64,000 bases of DNA from Callorhinchus milii. Its lineage: Eukaryota. The stretch spans positions 10,170,001 through 10,234,000 of the forward strand of contig NW_024704743.1 of the NCBI RefSeq assembly GCF_018977255.1, written 5' to 3'. How positions within the stretch are numbered: the stretch's first letter is position 1; the number at the start of each line of letters is the position of its first letter. Position numbers and translations under genes: made by a program. The notes beneath the pieces were generated by a model that worked only from the letters and a program-made list of their open reading frames with translations, was not told where the DNA came from and did no database searches. Below, in pieces: positions 1 to 13,351 of this stretch.

Positions 1-8
1 CATGAAAT

Positions 9-63
9 AATAACAACAACAAATTACATTTGTGTAGCGCATTTCACATCAGGAGGACGTCCC
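9..63 (-). mobile_element. L2 3' tail remnant
   Basis: (CAA)n followed by the reverse complement of the stem-loop. Confidence 0.7.
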
Positions 64-519
64 TACATAATAATAATGATTCTTATGTTTGGCATAGTGT
101 CTTTCACATCTCTTCACAGGATATATTGTAAATTGGAGTAACTCTGTGTTTTATAGGCGAAAGCAGCAGCCAATTTGACAATTAAATACTAAATACAATT
201 TGACCTTGAGTAGCTCTCTTTCCCTGTAACTGATTGAAAACATTTTAGCCCTGCTACCTGGCCCTCATTGAACACAGTGGAGCCAAATTACAATATTCTG
301 ATTATCTCAGACATTTGGAAGAAGTTGTCAAATAAAATAAAATAAAATAGTCTTATTGCTGAAGCTTGTTTTTTAAAGTTATTTTAAAAACTACAGTTAA
401 GGCTGTATTCAACAATTGGTCAAGTTCTGGCCTCTCTGAAATGGTAAGAGAATGGAGTAAATCTAGACCTAGGATGGAATTTCTACCCTTCTGTTTCTTA
501 ATCATCCCTGGGAATAATT

Positions 520-689
520 TTAAAAAACATGTTATCGCCATCGGTCACCCTCCTACACCTACCCTCCCTGCCCTTCAACCCTCCTGATCCCAACCCCCAG
601 CTTGGGTGCAAATCCCGGATTATCCAGCACCTTGGGACATCCTCCCGATGTGAAAGACACTATACAAATGTAATTTGTTGTTGTTGTTG
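520..689 (+). mobile_element. L2 3' terminus
   Basis: CCAGCACCTTGGGACATCCTCCCGATGTGAAAG...(TTG)n. Confidence 0.8.
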
Positions 690-1249
690 GAAATGTCCTT
701 AATGATAGACTTAAGACTGAACCTCCTCAATTGGTCAATTTGGCCACTGCGTTTCAAGCAGATCAAAATTCTATTACTGCGTACACAGATTTTGTGTTGC
801 TTTGCCAGGTATTGGCTTAAAAAGAATAATTCTTGCATTAGCTGTTTGATATGCTGCCTTATCATGCTAAACATCTAAAAGTATTTCACTATGCTGTAGC
901 GAACACAGCAGCTAATTTGTGAATGGTAATATTGCATTATCCTGCCATGGAGTGAATGACCATTCTTTTTATCTAATGGAATTGTTTGCCAACACCTTGG
1001 GGAAAAAAATTCCATTCTCCTTTTGAATTATGCCAATAGTTCTTTAACATCCACCTGAACCAGCAAATGAAACCTTGGGGAGGAGGAGAGGACTGGAGGG
1101 GAAGAAGGCTTTCATTCCCAAAGGTATCATGAAAGGTAAGTTTTAAGGACATGTTCTATTGTTTCGCCCACAAAATATACAGTCAATTCACTTTACAGTA
1201 TTTTCTGTGAAGTGCTGGAGGTAATAATATAATAATCCTTAGATTTGAT

Positions 1250-1570
1250 ATGTAATAATCTTTGCATTTGAGCACCTCACAGAATATACTATGAAATGAA
1301 TTCACTGTATATTTGTGAGCGAAACATGGCAACCAATTGCACACAGCAGTGTCCCACAAACAGTCGTGCATTGAGTGACTAAATTACTATTTTTTTTGGT
1401 GGGGGATTATTATCCCTGGAAAAACGATCTGCCAATTGACTAACAACCGGGTTCCTACTTACTGCTAACTAAACAGAGGTGTGTGGAGTAAGGAAATGTG
1501 GCCAAGAGTTCTCCCTGCCGGGAATTGAACCCAGGGCCTCTCGCTTGCGAGGCAAGTGCCACTAGGCTAT
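1250..1570 (-). mobile_element. SINE family A
   Basis: Head, central body and (ATT)n tail match the other copies. Confidence 0.88.
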
Positions 1571-2374
1571 TGACGTAATAAGGCACTTTATCAAATGCAA
1601 GGATTATCATTATTATCATTCTGTATCATTTCTTAATTCTCATCTTACATCTTTTTAGAAACGACACATTTGTCACCTGTGTGAGCCCAGTGTAACACCA
1701 GAGCTTACACTGCAGCTGTGTTCTGTTGAGGTTAATATCAGAACTGCGGCAGTCACTGAATGGTCACAATGGGGCTGCTCCGATTGCTGAGAAGGATGAC
1801 TGTGCGCACCACCATGCAAGCACACACACAAATACACACGCATAACTTGGAGACAGCTCTGTGCCCAGACTAGCGGGCATAGACTATTAGGGTAATGTCA
1901 GTCATTTATGGCACCACTGCCCTCATTGAGGTTAATGTGGAAACAGCAAAGGCCAATGGGGGTAGAAATGCTGGTGTCACATCACTGAACAGTTTGCATT
2001 GGCTGGATTCTCTGTCGAATGTGGTACACAAGCTGCAGAGCTTGTGGTGAGATCTCATTGAGTGCTTATTTAATTTAATTCTGGAATCAGAAGCCATACC
2101 GATTTCTCCCTGGAATAAATCTGGTGGTGTCAATCATACTGGCACCAGCAAAGCTGGCTGATGGAAGATCAAAGAGCGGCACACTGGTATCTGAACAGGT
2201 CCATGTTTGATGTTTCGTCTGCCCTATCAAACCCACAGCTGGAGGGGGTGACTTTTTTTATGAACATGCTTACGGTAATGAGTTTGGGATTTAACTCCAA
2301 GCTACCCACCTGAATGGGGTCCTGCTTAAAGCTTTAGTGTAGACAGGGGCTGTGTGAACAGCATACAATACAAT

Positions 2375-2790
2375 AAAATCAGTAATCCTAGCATTTGATA
2401 TAGTGCTCGTAACATCTCAAAGTTTTTGTAAAGTATAGTGACTATATGTATTTGCTAGCAAACACAGAAACCAATTTGCACATTGCAATAAGTGAACAAT
2501 AATAATAATAATGCTTGCATTTGATATAGCGCTTTTCAAATCTTCTAGATGTCTCAAAGCGTTTCACAGAATATGCTGTAAAGTGAATTGACTATATTTG
2601 TGGGCAAAACCAATTTTATCTGGGGATTGTTGACCAAGACACAAAAAGAGAGTGTCTTCTCTTTTCTAATAGTGACATGGGATCTTTAAAGTATACCAGA
2701 AGAGGCAGAAGGAACCTCAGTGTAATATCGCATCCGAAGGACGACACCTTTGATAATAATAATAATTCTTGCATTTGATATATTTGATGT
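2375..2790 (-). mobile_element. Cluster of stacked SINE (mainly family B) 3' fragments
   Basis: Three AATAAT..TTGCATTTGATA tails plus a Deu-domain piece. Confidence 0.7.
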
Positions 2791-2814
2791 CTGTCACACA
2801 TCAAGTCCTGAATG

Positions 2815-3928
2815 AGAGCTAACGTCAACAAGACCGAGGCCCTCCTGATTGGCTCCAGTTAGTGCCTCCACACCTCAGGCACTGATAGCTTTACCATCGA
2901 AGAATGAACACTCCACCTCACTGAGCCAGTGGCATCTTGTTTCACCCTCAACTGTCCATTCTACCCCACATATGTGCCATGACCCCGATCTGCCATCCCC
3001 CACATCCACAACATCGCCTGGTTCCGCCACAGTCTCACACTGCAGACCACTGAAACCCTCATACACGCATTCAACAACAACAAGAACAACAACTTGGATT
3101 TATATAGTGCCCTCCATGCCGGACGGCGTCTCAGAGCGCTTCACAGTAACGGATTCCGGGGCCGAGCCAGGGGGAGGGGGAGGAAGGTGACCAAAGGCGC
3201 GGTCGAAAAGAAAGGTCTTCAGCAGAGACCTGAAAATGGGAATGGAGGGGGCGAGACGAAGGGAGTGAGGAAGGCAGTTCCAGAGCCTCGGAGCATAGTG
3301 GCTGAAGGCACGGCCGCCAAGGGTGGAGCGGAGGACTCGGAGGATAACATCCAGGCTTGATTACGCAAACTCCCTGCTTGTCGGCCTCCCCAACTCCTCT
3401 CTCCCTAGGTTACACATCATCCAGAACTCCGCAGCCTGTGTCCTCTCCCACACCACGTTCCGTGACCCATCACCCCCATACTTGCCTAACTTCACTGGCT
3501 TCCATCATGCAGAGGATACAGCTCAAGATCCTGGTCCTCACTTTCAAAGCCCTCCATGGCCTTGCTCCCTCTGCCTCCCCAACCTCCTAACTCCCTACCA
3601 ACCTGCCCGCTCTCTCTGTTCATCAGGCTCTGGCCTGCTTCATATTCCCCACCTTGCCTGTCCCACCACTGGCTTACAGGCCTTCAGACATTACCCCCAC
3701 CCTCTGGAACTCCACACCGCAGTCCCTCCGCCTCGCCCGCCACTCCGTTCCTCCTTCAAGACCCGTCTCCAGACCCTCCTCTTCGACCGTGCATTCTGTT
3801 ACCCGCCTTCCCCCCCTGCCTTCCACCCTCCCCGATCCCAACTCTCACCTCAGGCAGACACACTGATTGTCCAGCACCTTGGGACGTCCTCCCGATGTGA
3901 AAGGCACTATACAAATGTAATTTTGTTG
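2815..3928 (+). mobile_element. Older L2 3' fragment split by a second L2
   Basis: KTEALLIG...[19 protein letters not shown]...FDRAF and a 3' stem-loop; interrupted at 3073-3343. Confidence 0.9.
3073..3343 (-). mobile_element. L2 subfamily B 3' end (nested insertion)
   Basis: (CAA)n tail at left; reverse complement matches the 3' end at 63760-64000. Confidence 0.9.
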
Positions 3929-5705
3929 ACATTGTTTATACATCTCACAGCACTTCACAGAAAGTGGCTTGACTGTATATTTTGTCGGCGATGTAAAAAT
4001 AATAATAATCCTTACACTTGGAGAGCTGCCCCAACATTGCATTGGAGTCTAGATGATGGGCTCAAAGACCTAACATTAGGCTTGAACCTACGTGAGGCTT
4101 TTCAGGCAGAGATGAGAGCGACCAATTCAGCCAAGCTCTAAGCAGATACAAGGACTTTAGTCCTGTTTCCCTGAATGCTCCTCAAGGACTGTTATGACTT
4201 TCACTGGCTGATATGGACATTAACTGTGAATGTACAGTGCTTGGAGCAGAGGTGAGTGAGGTGGAGATCCAATTCTACCAGTTGCATATAACAGCACTGA
4301 GGCAGGTCTAAAGGATTCGCCCACAGTCGATTCACGTAAAATAAATTGAGAATCTCATTACCACAGTGTTTTGATCAATGGACAACTTAAGAAATCATTT
4401 CTGCTAAAATCTGCAATTACTGTATTTACTAGCTCAACAACATTTTCTTTAAAATACAAAAGGGTAAACATTGCAGCTTGTGATGGATGAAAAATTACCA
4501 GTGATAATTATCACTTTGTTGATAAAATGTGAACTGCCAAGAAGACCTGCCAATAACAGGACACCGCTTAAATGATACAATGGTTGGGCTCAAAGCCAGG
4601 TCACATTGGGCTTGACAACCAGCAGATACTGATATTGAAGAGCCAGCTAGTGGGACATAGGTTCAGTTTGGAATTTCTCCAAAGCAAATAGTCGCCACAG
4701 GCAGTTATTCAGGTGCAACCAATATCTCATAGTTAGGAAATGGGTCAGGAGTGGGGGTTGTCACACCAGACTGTTTGATATCAACTGGTCTTGATTACCT
4801 CATTGATCAACAATGCGATCGTTATCAATGTTCATATCACACGTCATGAATTTTTATCCCACGTGACGTTAGAAAGAAGTTCAAATCAGTTTCTCTCTCA
4901 AAACAGAGCGGCTTAAATGTATTTACTTCAGTGCAAGTGGAGAATACAGCACATGCCTGTCTGAACTGAGAAAAAGTTCTCATTCTTGGGGTAAATCTGG
5001 GAACCCCAGGGTTCAATTCAAGCCACATGACTTAATGAACTGTTTGTTTCTCCAGGCTAATTTGTTATTCAGCCCCAAAGGAAGCAAATTGTTGATTTTG
5101 GCACTGTTTATCATTCCTACAAACAAATTAAATGTTTTCCAGACCGGCTGTCTCTCAGAGTCACTTGAGAAATGGAAGCAAAGTCTGCCTCAGGCTTCAT
5201 TGGTTTTTTTTGTGTGTGCACTGCTAAGGTTCGACGGCAGACACAGCTGCCGAAGGATTATCCTCGGAGTCGAGCTCATCCTCAGTGCTAATAGAATCTT
5301 TAGTCTTTACTGCACTTGTTTTCTTCAACGGGAAGAATGAACACATTTGTCAGGAAGAAGGTGTTTGTTCAATTGATTTAGCTGTTCCACAAATCGATTC
5401 AGCCTGAGGAGCTAAGCTCCCATAACAGTCATATCCCACAAGGGTTTAGTAACATCAGCCTCTGACCTTCTATAACCTTGCAAAATGGGCCATGGACAGA
5501 CAAAGTTCCACGATCATCAGTGCTGGAAAAAAATTGCACACCTGACAGCCCAATATCATGGTCTTACCCACAATTCCATGGCCTTAAAGTTTAAGGCTGT
5601 TCAGAGCTTTGGGAAATTCTTAAATGTTAAGAATAGTGAGAAAACACTTTTCAAATTGAGACTGAATTTAAGAATTTTTCTAAAATTCAACAATAATTAC
5701 ACAAG

Positions 5706-6060
5706 GGTGTCAGCCTAGCTTAGTCGGTAGCTACATTGTTGAAGGCGCTGCCTTTCGGATAAAATGGTAAGCTGTTAAAATGTTAAAATATCTGCCTGTT
5801 TAGATAGATATGAAAGATCTCATGGCACTATTTGAAAAGAGAACAGAATTTCTCCTGGCGTCCTGGACAAAAATCCCACAAATAAAATTGATCATTTGCT
5901 TCATAGCTGTTTGTAGAACATTGCTGTGTGCAAATTGACTGCCTCATTCATTTATAAAGTACACGGTTACTACACCTAACAGTAAAATCCTGTGAAATGC
6001 TTTGAGATGTCTCCACAATGTGATAGGGCATTCCATCAAATGGAAGGATTAGTTATTATT
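5706..6060 (+). mobile_element. SINE family B, internally deleted
   Basis: Homologous to 26386-26814. Confidence 0.8.
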
Positions 6061-6991
6061 AAGATTCTTAAGTTTTAAGCCTGTGGTCTTAACTCTCAGA
6101 ACACAAGAAACCTCATACCTGAGATTCACACAGATGCAGATTTTTTTTTCTCTGTTAATGTGGTGTTTTGGTGTGAGAGAAGGTAGCAAAGCAATAATCA
6201 GAGCAAAAGTGAAAAACCACCGAACTGAATTAAAGACGTGAGGTCAATTGCATACTCCCAGCTCATGTTGAGAACGGCACTGGTGACATTGGCAGCAGAA
6301 GAAACAACCACTACATCAGATGAGACATTGCAGATTTATTGATTCAACAGCTTCCAAACATAAAAGCCTACTTTTTTTCAGCATTCTAAACAACAAACTG
6401 ATTTGTACCTGATAAGATGTCTAAAAATCCTATGATCAGGGCAGTGTTTACCTCCCTACAAAGGAAATACCTGTGTGATACATTGCACTGTGTGATAACT
6501 TGTGCCAATTAATAGACTCTTGCTTTTCTGGGACCTTGATCTATTGTGCATGTGCAGTGGTGAAAGGAGATCGATTTGCAGAGATTGCATTGAAATGGAA
6601 ATAATAAGCGTTGATGAGCATGTAGATAGCAGCTGCAGTTACAAAAGGCTGCGGCAATAATCAATCTTAAAATATGCTTATCTTGCATTGCATGAAATAT
6701 CTCTTTAGTATAGCAGATGCATACATCAAGAACGTGGTTGAAGGGCAGTTTGAACGGACTGGGCTTTGTAGCTGATCCTTTCCTGTCAATAAGCGTCTTC
6801 AGTAACACACCTGGAACGTGATGTCAAGGAAAAANGTCAAAGATCTGCAAACAGACAGTGAATGGCCTGAGCAGCCAAAATATGATGTACTGGATGAATA
6901 CTGACTTTACTTTTGTCTATCTCTTTTAGTCACCTGCATGAAATGCCGACATTTTCTTTTTCCAACCTTTCACCCAATAGTTGTGAAATAT

Positions 6992-7330
6992 TATAATAAT
7001 AATAATCCTTGTATTTGATATAACGCCTTATCATGTCATTGAGATGTTTCAAAGCACTTCAGAGAATATACTGCAATGTGGATTGACTGAATATTTTGTG
7101 GGCGGAAAGCGGCAGCCAATTGCACACAGCAGTGTCCCACAACAGTTGTGGATTGAATGACCAAATTTTTTTTACATTTTTTTTTGCAAGCATTATTACC
7201 CCCAGAAAGTGATCCAATAAACGATTAACAACCGGGTTCCTACTTACTGCTAGGTAAACAGAGTAAAGAAACTTGCCTAAGGTTTCATTGCGCACGGGAA
7301 TCAAAACCAGGTCTTTTTGCTACAGGACTC
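6992..7330 (-). mobile_element. SINE family A (deletion in head)
   Basis: Tail at 6992; head terminus GCTACAGGACTC at 7330. Confidence 0.88.
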
Positions 7331-7897
7331 TGTAGTACAGAACAAAATTGCAGTATGCGACGTGATAATTGTTAGCATGTCACTGAAGATTGTAGGCAAA
7401 ACAGTTAATAATAATCCTTGCATTTGGTAAGATATTATTAGTTGATCCTCTATGTCTAATCCGTGGATATGTACCTCTCTCTTCACCCCTCCACTATGCT
7501 TCTCCCCTCCTCCCAATGAGAAGTCCTCCTAACAGTATTTAAATGTAAAATTGCATTTTATTGTTTCACAGCATTGAGATGATTGAAATGAGATCAGTGT
7601 TCTGGCCACCACCACCCTTCCTGATGACCTGTTTTCAGTCATTAATTATCCTTATACTGAACTTCGGGTAAGATAATATCTCAGAGCACTTTACATTGAG
7701 AGTGTCGGATGCTGAGCGAGATAGGAGCAGGAAGGGGAGGGGGATGGGACCTTTAGCACGGTTCTGGTATGTCAGACTCTATTTACCAGATTTTAGTTAT
7801 TTCTTTAGGATCCACAGCATCTCCTGTCCTCCAGCTTGATCTGCAGATTTAAAAATCTTGCTCTAAATCTGCAAATGATTTACATGAACAAGAACCT

Positions 7898-8258
7898 GGT
7901 TAGAGTACTCGCCTCACTAGCGAGAAGACCCGGGTTTGTTTTCCGGGCGGGGGAAAACCTTAGGCAAGTTTCCTTATTCCACACGCCTTTGTTTACCTGG
8001 CAGTAATTAGGAACCTGGTTGCCAGTCGATTGGTGGATTGCTTTCCATGGGTAATAAGCTCTTCAAAATAAATAATTTGGTCACTCGATCTACGACTGTT
8101 TGTGGGACGCTGCTGTGCACAATTGACTGCCGTGTTTCGCCCACAAAATACAGAAGACACTTCACTTTACAGCATATTCTGTGAAGCGCTTTGAGACATC
8201 TTGAAGATGTAATAAAGGTACTATGTCAAATACAAGGATTAGTATTATTATTTATTAT
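7898..8258 (+). mobile_element. SINE family A, followed by two more stacked tails to 8392
   Basis: GGTTAGAGTACTCGCC...AAATACAAGGATTAGTATTATT. Confidence 0.88.
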
Positions 8259-8949
8259 ATTCTGTGAAGTGCTTTGAGATGTCTCAATAACATAATAAGA
8301 CGTTATATCAAATGCAAGGATGATTATTATAAGTGCTCTGAGATGCTGTAGGGAGCTGAAGGGAGGTATATAAATGCAAGTTGTTGTTGTTGGTTGCTTT
8401 TATCCAGTTACTTATCCATGTCTACCTCAGTAGGTAAGAGAGTACGTCATGTGGGACTTTAACAATGGTCTTTCAGAAGTCAGATGCATTTATGATATGG
8501 TTTTGCACTGTCAATTTGAGACGCCACTTTAATTGAATTACAACCTTGTGCATCTGATAATGAGGTGAAACAAGAAACATTACCAGACATTTAGGTACAG
8601 CTGATATTTAACTGCCAAATTCTATTTTGTCAGATAATGTGTCAATGTTTCATGACTTGGCGCTGAGCTGCTCATCTCAGATGCATTTGAGGTGTCGCAC
8701 CTCTTGTTGTTGTTCCCACCCCTGAGGATTGAAACCCCTTAGGATTTTAAACAGCTCCCAAATTAATATTGAATTTCAAAGATTTCCAAAATTCTGCTCG
8801 ATTTTATAATAATAATCATTACATTTGATAGAACACCGTATCATGTTGTCGAGATGTCTCAAAGTGCTGCACAGGATTTTACTGTAAAGTGTATTGACTA
8901 TGTACTTGCAGACGAACATGGCAGCCAATTCGTTTTGGTCAGTTGACAC

Positions 8950-9706
8950 ATGCAGAAATCCAACACCCCACTGAACAGTGTCCAAATCAGTCAGAGTTCC
9001 ATGCACGCTGCCTGCACAAGCAAATTCATGTGCCTGTAATGGCCTGCGCAATCTCTCCCCAAAGGAATGCATCCCGACATACCTTGCTCCAGAGAGCAAC
9101 ATCGCCTGACTCTGCCACTGCCTCTCCCCTCAGACCACCAAGACCCTCATCCACACATTTATCATATCCCAGGATCAACTACCCCAACAACTTGCTTGTT
9201 TGCTTTCCCAACTCTTCCCTCCACAAGCTGCAGATCATTCAAACTCTCCAGCTCATGTCCTCTCAAACACCAGGCTCCATGACCCTGCTCCACTGGTTCT
9301 CTACCCCACCAGATGATTGAGTTCAAAATCCTCGTCCTCGCCTTCAAAGCCCTCCACCTTTCATCCTCCTTGCTTCTCCTTTCCTCTGTGACCTAATAGG
9401 TCCATATCAACCTGTCCGTTCCCTCCACTCAGTGGGCTCCATCCTGTTCCACGTCTGGCCCACCCCATCATTGGCGGTCGGGCCTCCGACTCTCTGACCT
9501 TTGGAACTCCCAACCACAGTGCATTTGTCTCCCTTGCCTCCTTCAAAGCCCCTCTCAAGACTCCTCTTTAACCACACTTTTGGTCATCCTCTTACCCCCA
9601 CCCTCCCTGGCATCCACGTGATGCAAACCCACATCCCTAACTGCAAATGCTTTGGAACATCCTCCTGACGTGAAAGGCACTATACAAATATAATTTGTTG
9701 TTGTTA
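8950..9706 (+). mobile_element. Degenerate L2 3' fragment
   Basis: SSLHKLQIIQ-like translation, GAGTTCAAAATCCTCGTCCTC, 3' stem-loop and TTG tail. Confidence 0.8.
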
Positions 9707-9732
9707 CTCAAAAAACATATAGCAATTGAGTA

Positions 9733-9999
9733 TAATATATAATAATCCTTTCATTTGATATAGCGCCTTATCACATTTTTAAGATGTCTCAAAGCATTCC
9801 ACAGAATATACAGTAAATATACAGAATATACAGTAAAGTGTATATTTTGTGAGCGAAACGCGGCAGCCAATTGCACACAGCGGTGTCCCACAAACAGCCA
9901 TGGACTGAGTGTTCAAATTATATTTTATTTATTTTTGAAGGGTTTATTACTCTTGGAAAAGTTATCTACCAATTGACTAACAGCTGGTTTCCTACATAC
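9733..9999 (-). mobile_element. SINE family A, 3' half (target of the full-length L2)
   Basis: Breaks at CCTACATAC and continues at 13826. Confidence 0.9.
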
Positions 10000-10109
10000 A
10001 ACAACAACAACAACAAGATTCCATTTATAGAGCACCTTTCACGTCGGGAGGACGTCCCAAAGCGATGGACCCGACCAAAGTCAGGACCCGAGCAGGGGGG
10101 AAATGGTCA

Positions 10110-13100
10110 GGATGAGGGGAGGGAAGGGTGGGGGCGAGGAGGGGGTAGAGAGTCGAGAGGTGAGCTGAAGGCCCGGTCAAAGAGAAAGGTCTTGAGACCG
10201 GCCTTGAAGGAGGAAAGGAAGGAAGCAAAGTGAAGGCACTGGGGGATAGAGTTCCAGAGCCTAGGGGCTGAGAGGCTGAAGGCCCGGCCACCGATGGTAG
10301 GGCGGTTGGGGCGGGGGATGTGGAGCAGACCGGAGCCAGAGGAACGGAGGGTACGGGCAGGTAGGTAGGAGGATAGTAGGTCGGAGAGGTAGGAGGGAGC
10401 AAGGCCGTGAATGGCCTTGTAGGTGAGGATGAGGATCTTGAATTCGATCCTCTGGGGGATGGGGAGCCAGTGGAGGCGAGCGAGGGTGGGAGTGATGTGG
10501 TCCCGAAGCCTGGTGCGGGACAGTACACGAGCTGCAGAGTTCTGAATGACCTGCAGCTTGTGGAGGGAGGTGCCGGGAAGGCCGGCGAGGAGAGAGTTCC
10601 CATAGTCCAGCCTTGAGGTGATAAAGGCGTGGACCAGGTTTCAGCAGCGTGAGGGGTGAGGTAGTGCCGTAGTCTGGCGATATTCCGGAGGTGATGGAAG
10701 GCGGTGCCAGTTGTGGTGCGGATATGAGGAAGAAAGGACAGCTCAGGGTCGAACAGAACCCCGAGGTTCCTGACTGGCTTTGAGAGGTGGAGAGTGCAGC
10801 CTTGGATGCTGATGCTGTCAGCGCCTGAGGTGCGGAGGCGCTGACGTGAGCCAATCAGGAGGGCCTCAGTTTTGCGCACGTTGAGCTGAAGAAAGTTGTC
10901 TCTCGTCCAGGACTCGATGTCGGACAGGCAGGTGTCAGGACATCGGTGGTCGTGGAGTTGAGGGTAGAGGAGGAAAGGTAGAGTTGGGTGTCATCCGCAT
11001 ACATGTGGAAGTTAACCCCATGTCTGCGGATGATGTCACCGAGGGGGAGCATATAGAGGGTGAAGAGGAGGGGACCGAGGACAGAGCCCTGAGGGACACC
11101 GCACGAGACAGTGCGGGGGGTGGAGGAAAAGCCATTTGTGGAAACAAAGTGAAGACGGTGGGAGAGGTACGACCTAAACCACTCAAGGACAAGGCCTTGA
11201 AGGTTGAGGTGGGAGGACAAGCGGTGGAGAAGGATAGCGTGGTCGACCGTATCGAATGCTGCCGATAGGTCGAGGAGGACGAGGAGGCAGAGGGAGCCCT
11301 GGTCGCAGATGGTCAAGATGTCATTGGTGACCTTGACCAGGGCAGTTTCTGTGCTATGGGCAGCACGGAAACCCGACTGAAGGGGTTCGAATAATGAATG
11401 GGTGGAGAGGAAAGAGCGCAGCTGGGAGGCGACAACTCGTTCAAGGACCTTGGACAGGAAGGGGAGGTTGGAGATGGGCCGGTAGCTTGATAGCTGCGAC
11501 GCATCAAGGGAGGGTTTTTTCAAAGTGGGAGTGATGATGGCAGTTTTTAAGGGAATGGGAACAGAGCCAGAGGAGAGGGACAGGTTGATGATGTCTGTGA
11601 TATGTGGGGCAAGGAGGTGGAGCTGAGAGATAAGGAGTGGAGTGGGGATGGGGTACAGGGAACAGGTGGTGGGTTTCAGGGACAGGATGAGTTTAGTGAC
11701 AGAGGGTGGGGAAACGGGTACGAAGGTGTGCAGGGGAGGATGGGTAGGAGTCGGAGTGTGGGAGGGAGGGGTGGGGGGTGGGGGGAAGTTGGAGGGGAGT
11801 GACCGCAGAGCGGATTCCCTTGATTTTGGATTCAAGGAAATCCAGCATCTCCTCGCAGTGAAGGTTGGAGGAGATGACCTGCACGGGGTGGCGGGGGGAC
11901 AGAGGAGTCGGGATGTGGTCGAAAACAGTAGCCTGGGGTTGTTCTTCGCCTCCAGGATTATCCTGGAATAGAAGGACGACTTGGCCGAGGCGAGAGTGGA
12001 GCGGTAGATTTTGAGGAGGTCCAGCCAGATTTGTCGGTGGACCGTTAGGCCAGATTTGAGGCAGGTGCGTTCAGCGGCCAGCACCTGGCTCTTCAGTGAG
12101 CGGAGGTGGGTGGTGAACCAGGGGGAGGAGCGAGAGTAGGAGACAGTACGGGAGGTGATGGGGGCAAGAGTGTCAAGTGTTGAGGAGAGGGTGTTGTGGA
12201 GCAGGGTGAGAGGATAAGAGTGGTCAGTGAGGGTTGAAGGCCAGAGGGCGAGGAGTTCAGTGGACTGCAAGGCAGTGGTTAGAGATTGTGGGGGTAACGT
12301 CTTCCAGGGGTGGTAGAAGATGGTGGTGGGTCTGGTGGAGGTGGGGAGGGGGTGGAGGTGGTGAAGGAGATGAAGTGGTGATCGGAGATGGCCTTGTCGG
12401 TAATGGTGACATCCGAGACACTGAGGCCCCGGGTGATCACCAAATCGAGTGGGTGGCCGTGACTGTGAGTGGCGGAGTTGATGTGGAGGGAGAGGTTGAG
12501 CGAGGAGAGCATGGAAGAGAAGTCCGAGGAGGTGGAGCAGGAGGGGATGAAGTGCAGTGCAGGTTGAAGTCGCCCAGGATGATGAGGCGATCAGAGCAGA
12601 GGCAGAGAGATGTGAGAAGTGTCGAAATATCGGAGATGAAGGTGGGAGAGGTTTTAGGGGCCGGTAGAGGAGGAGGATTTTGAGTGAGAGGAAGGAGGGG
12701 TGGCAGAGGGTGAGGTGCTCGAAAGAGGGGAAAGAGCCAGAGGAGTAGGGGGATAGGGCAAGTGGTGTCCTTGAGATAAGGGCTACACCACCACCACGGC
12801 GGATGTGGTGGGAGGTGTAGCTGCGTGGTGTGGCCTCCGTGAGGGGGAAGGTGTCACCTGGGGTGAGCCAGGTTTCCGTTAAGGCCATGATGTCAACGCT
12901 CTCATCAAGGATGAGATCGTTGATGACCAGGGCCTTGTTACAGAGGGAGCGGACGTTTTGTAGTCCGATGTGGAGGGAGCGGTTGACAGAAGGGTGTGTG
13001 GGGAGGGAGGGGGGTCCAGGTTGTGAGGCAGGGATGGGGGAATGGGGATAAGGGAGGAGAGGTTGGCTCCCCGGGTCTGTGTCCGGGGTGGCTGGCGAGT

Positions 13101-13351
13101 GTGGTGGGGAATGGGGCAGTCGGTGTGGCTGCTGCTGGACAGCCAACGCCGAGTGCCACGGTGAGCCCGGCGGAGGATTCCCAGGCTGGAGCAGAGGGAG
13201 GTTGTGGGAGGGTCAGATGGCGATAGAAGGCGAGAGGGACGGAGGGAGAGGAGGACAGAGCGGGAGAGATGCAGAGGGGGGAGGGTTTGGGGGGAGAGAG
13301 GAGGGGGGAGGGAGGGAGGGGTGAGGGGGCTCGGGTCAGAGCGGTAGCCAT
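10110..13351 (-). pseudogene. L2 ORF (AP endonuclease + reverse transcriptase), frameshifted
   Basis: Stitched from ORFs 12879-13505, 10855-13146, 12279-12512, 11693-11884 and 10025-10879. Start inferred at ACTATGG (13351); both ends approximate. Confidence 0.85.

Noticed and set aside
6835..6835. Single ambiguous base (n)
   Set aside because: Assembly ambiguity, not a biological feature.
10261..13324. Many overlapping Pro/Ser- or Gly-rich ORFs
   Set aside because: Alternative and antisense frames of C-rich L2 sequence that is poor in stop codons.
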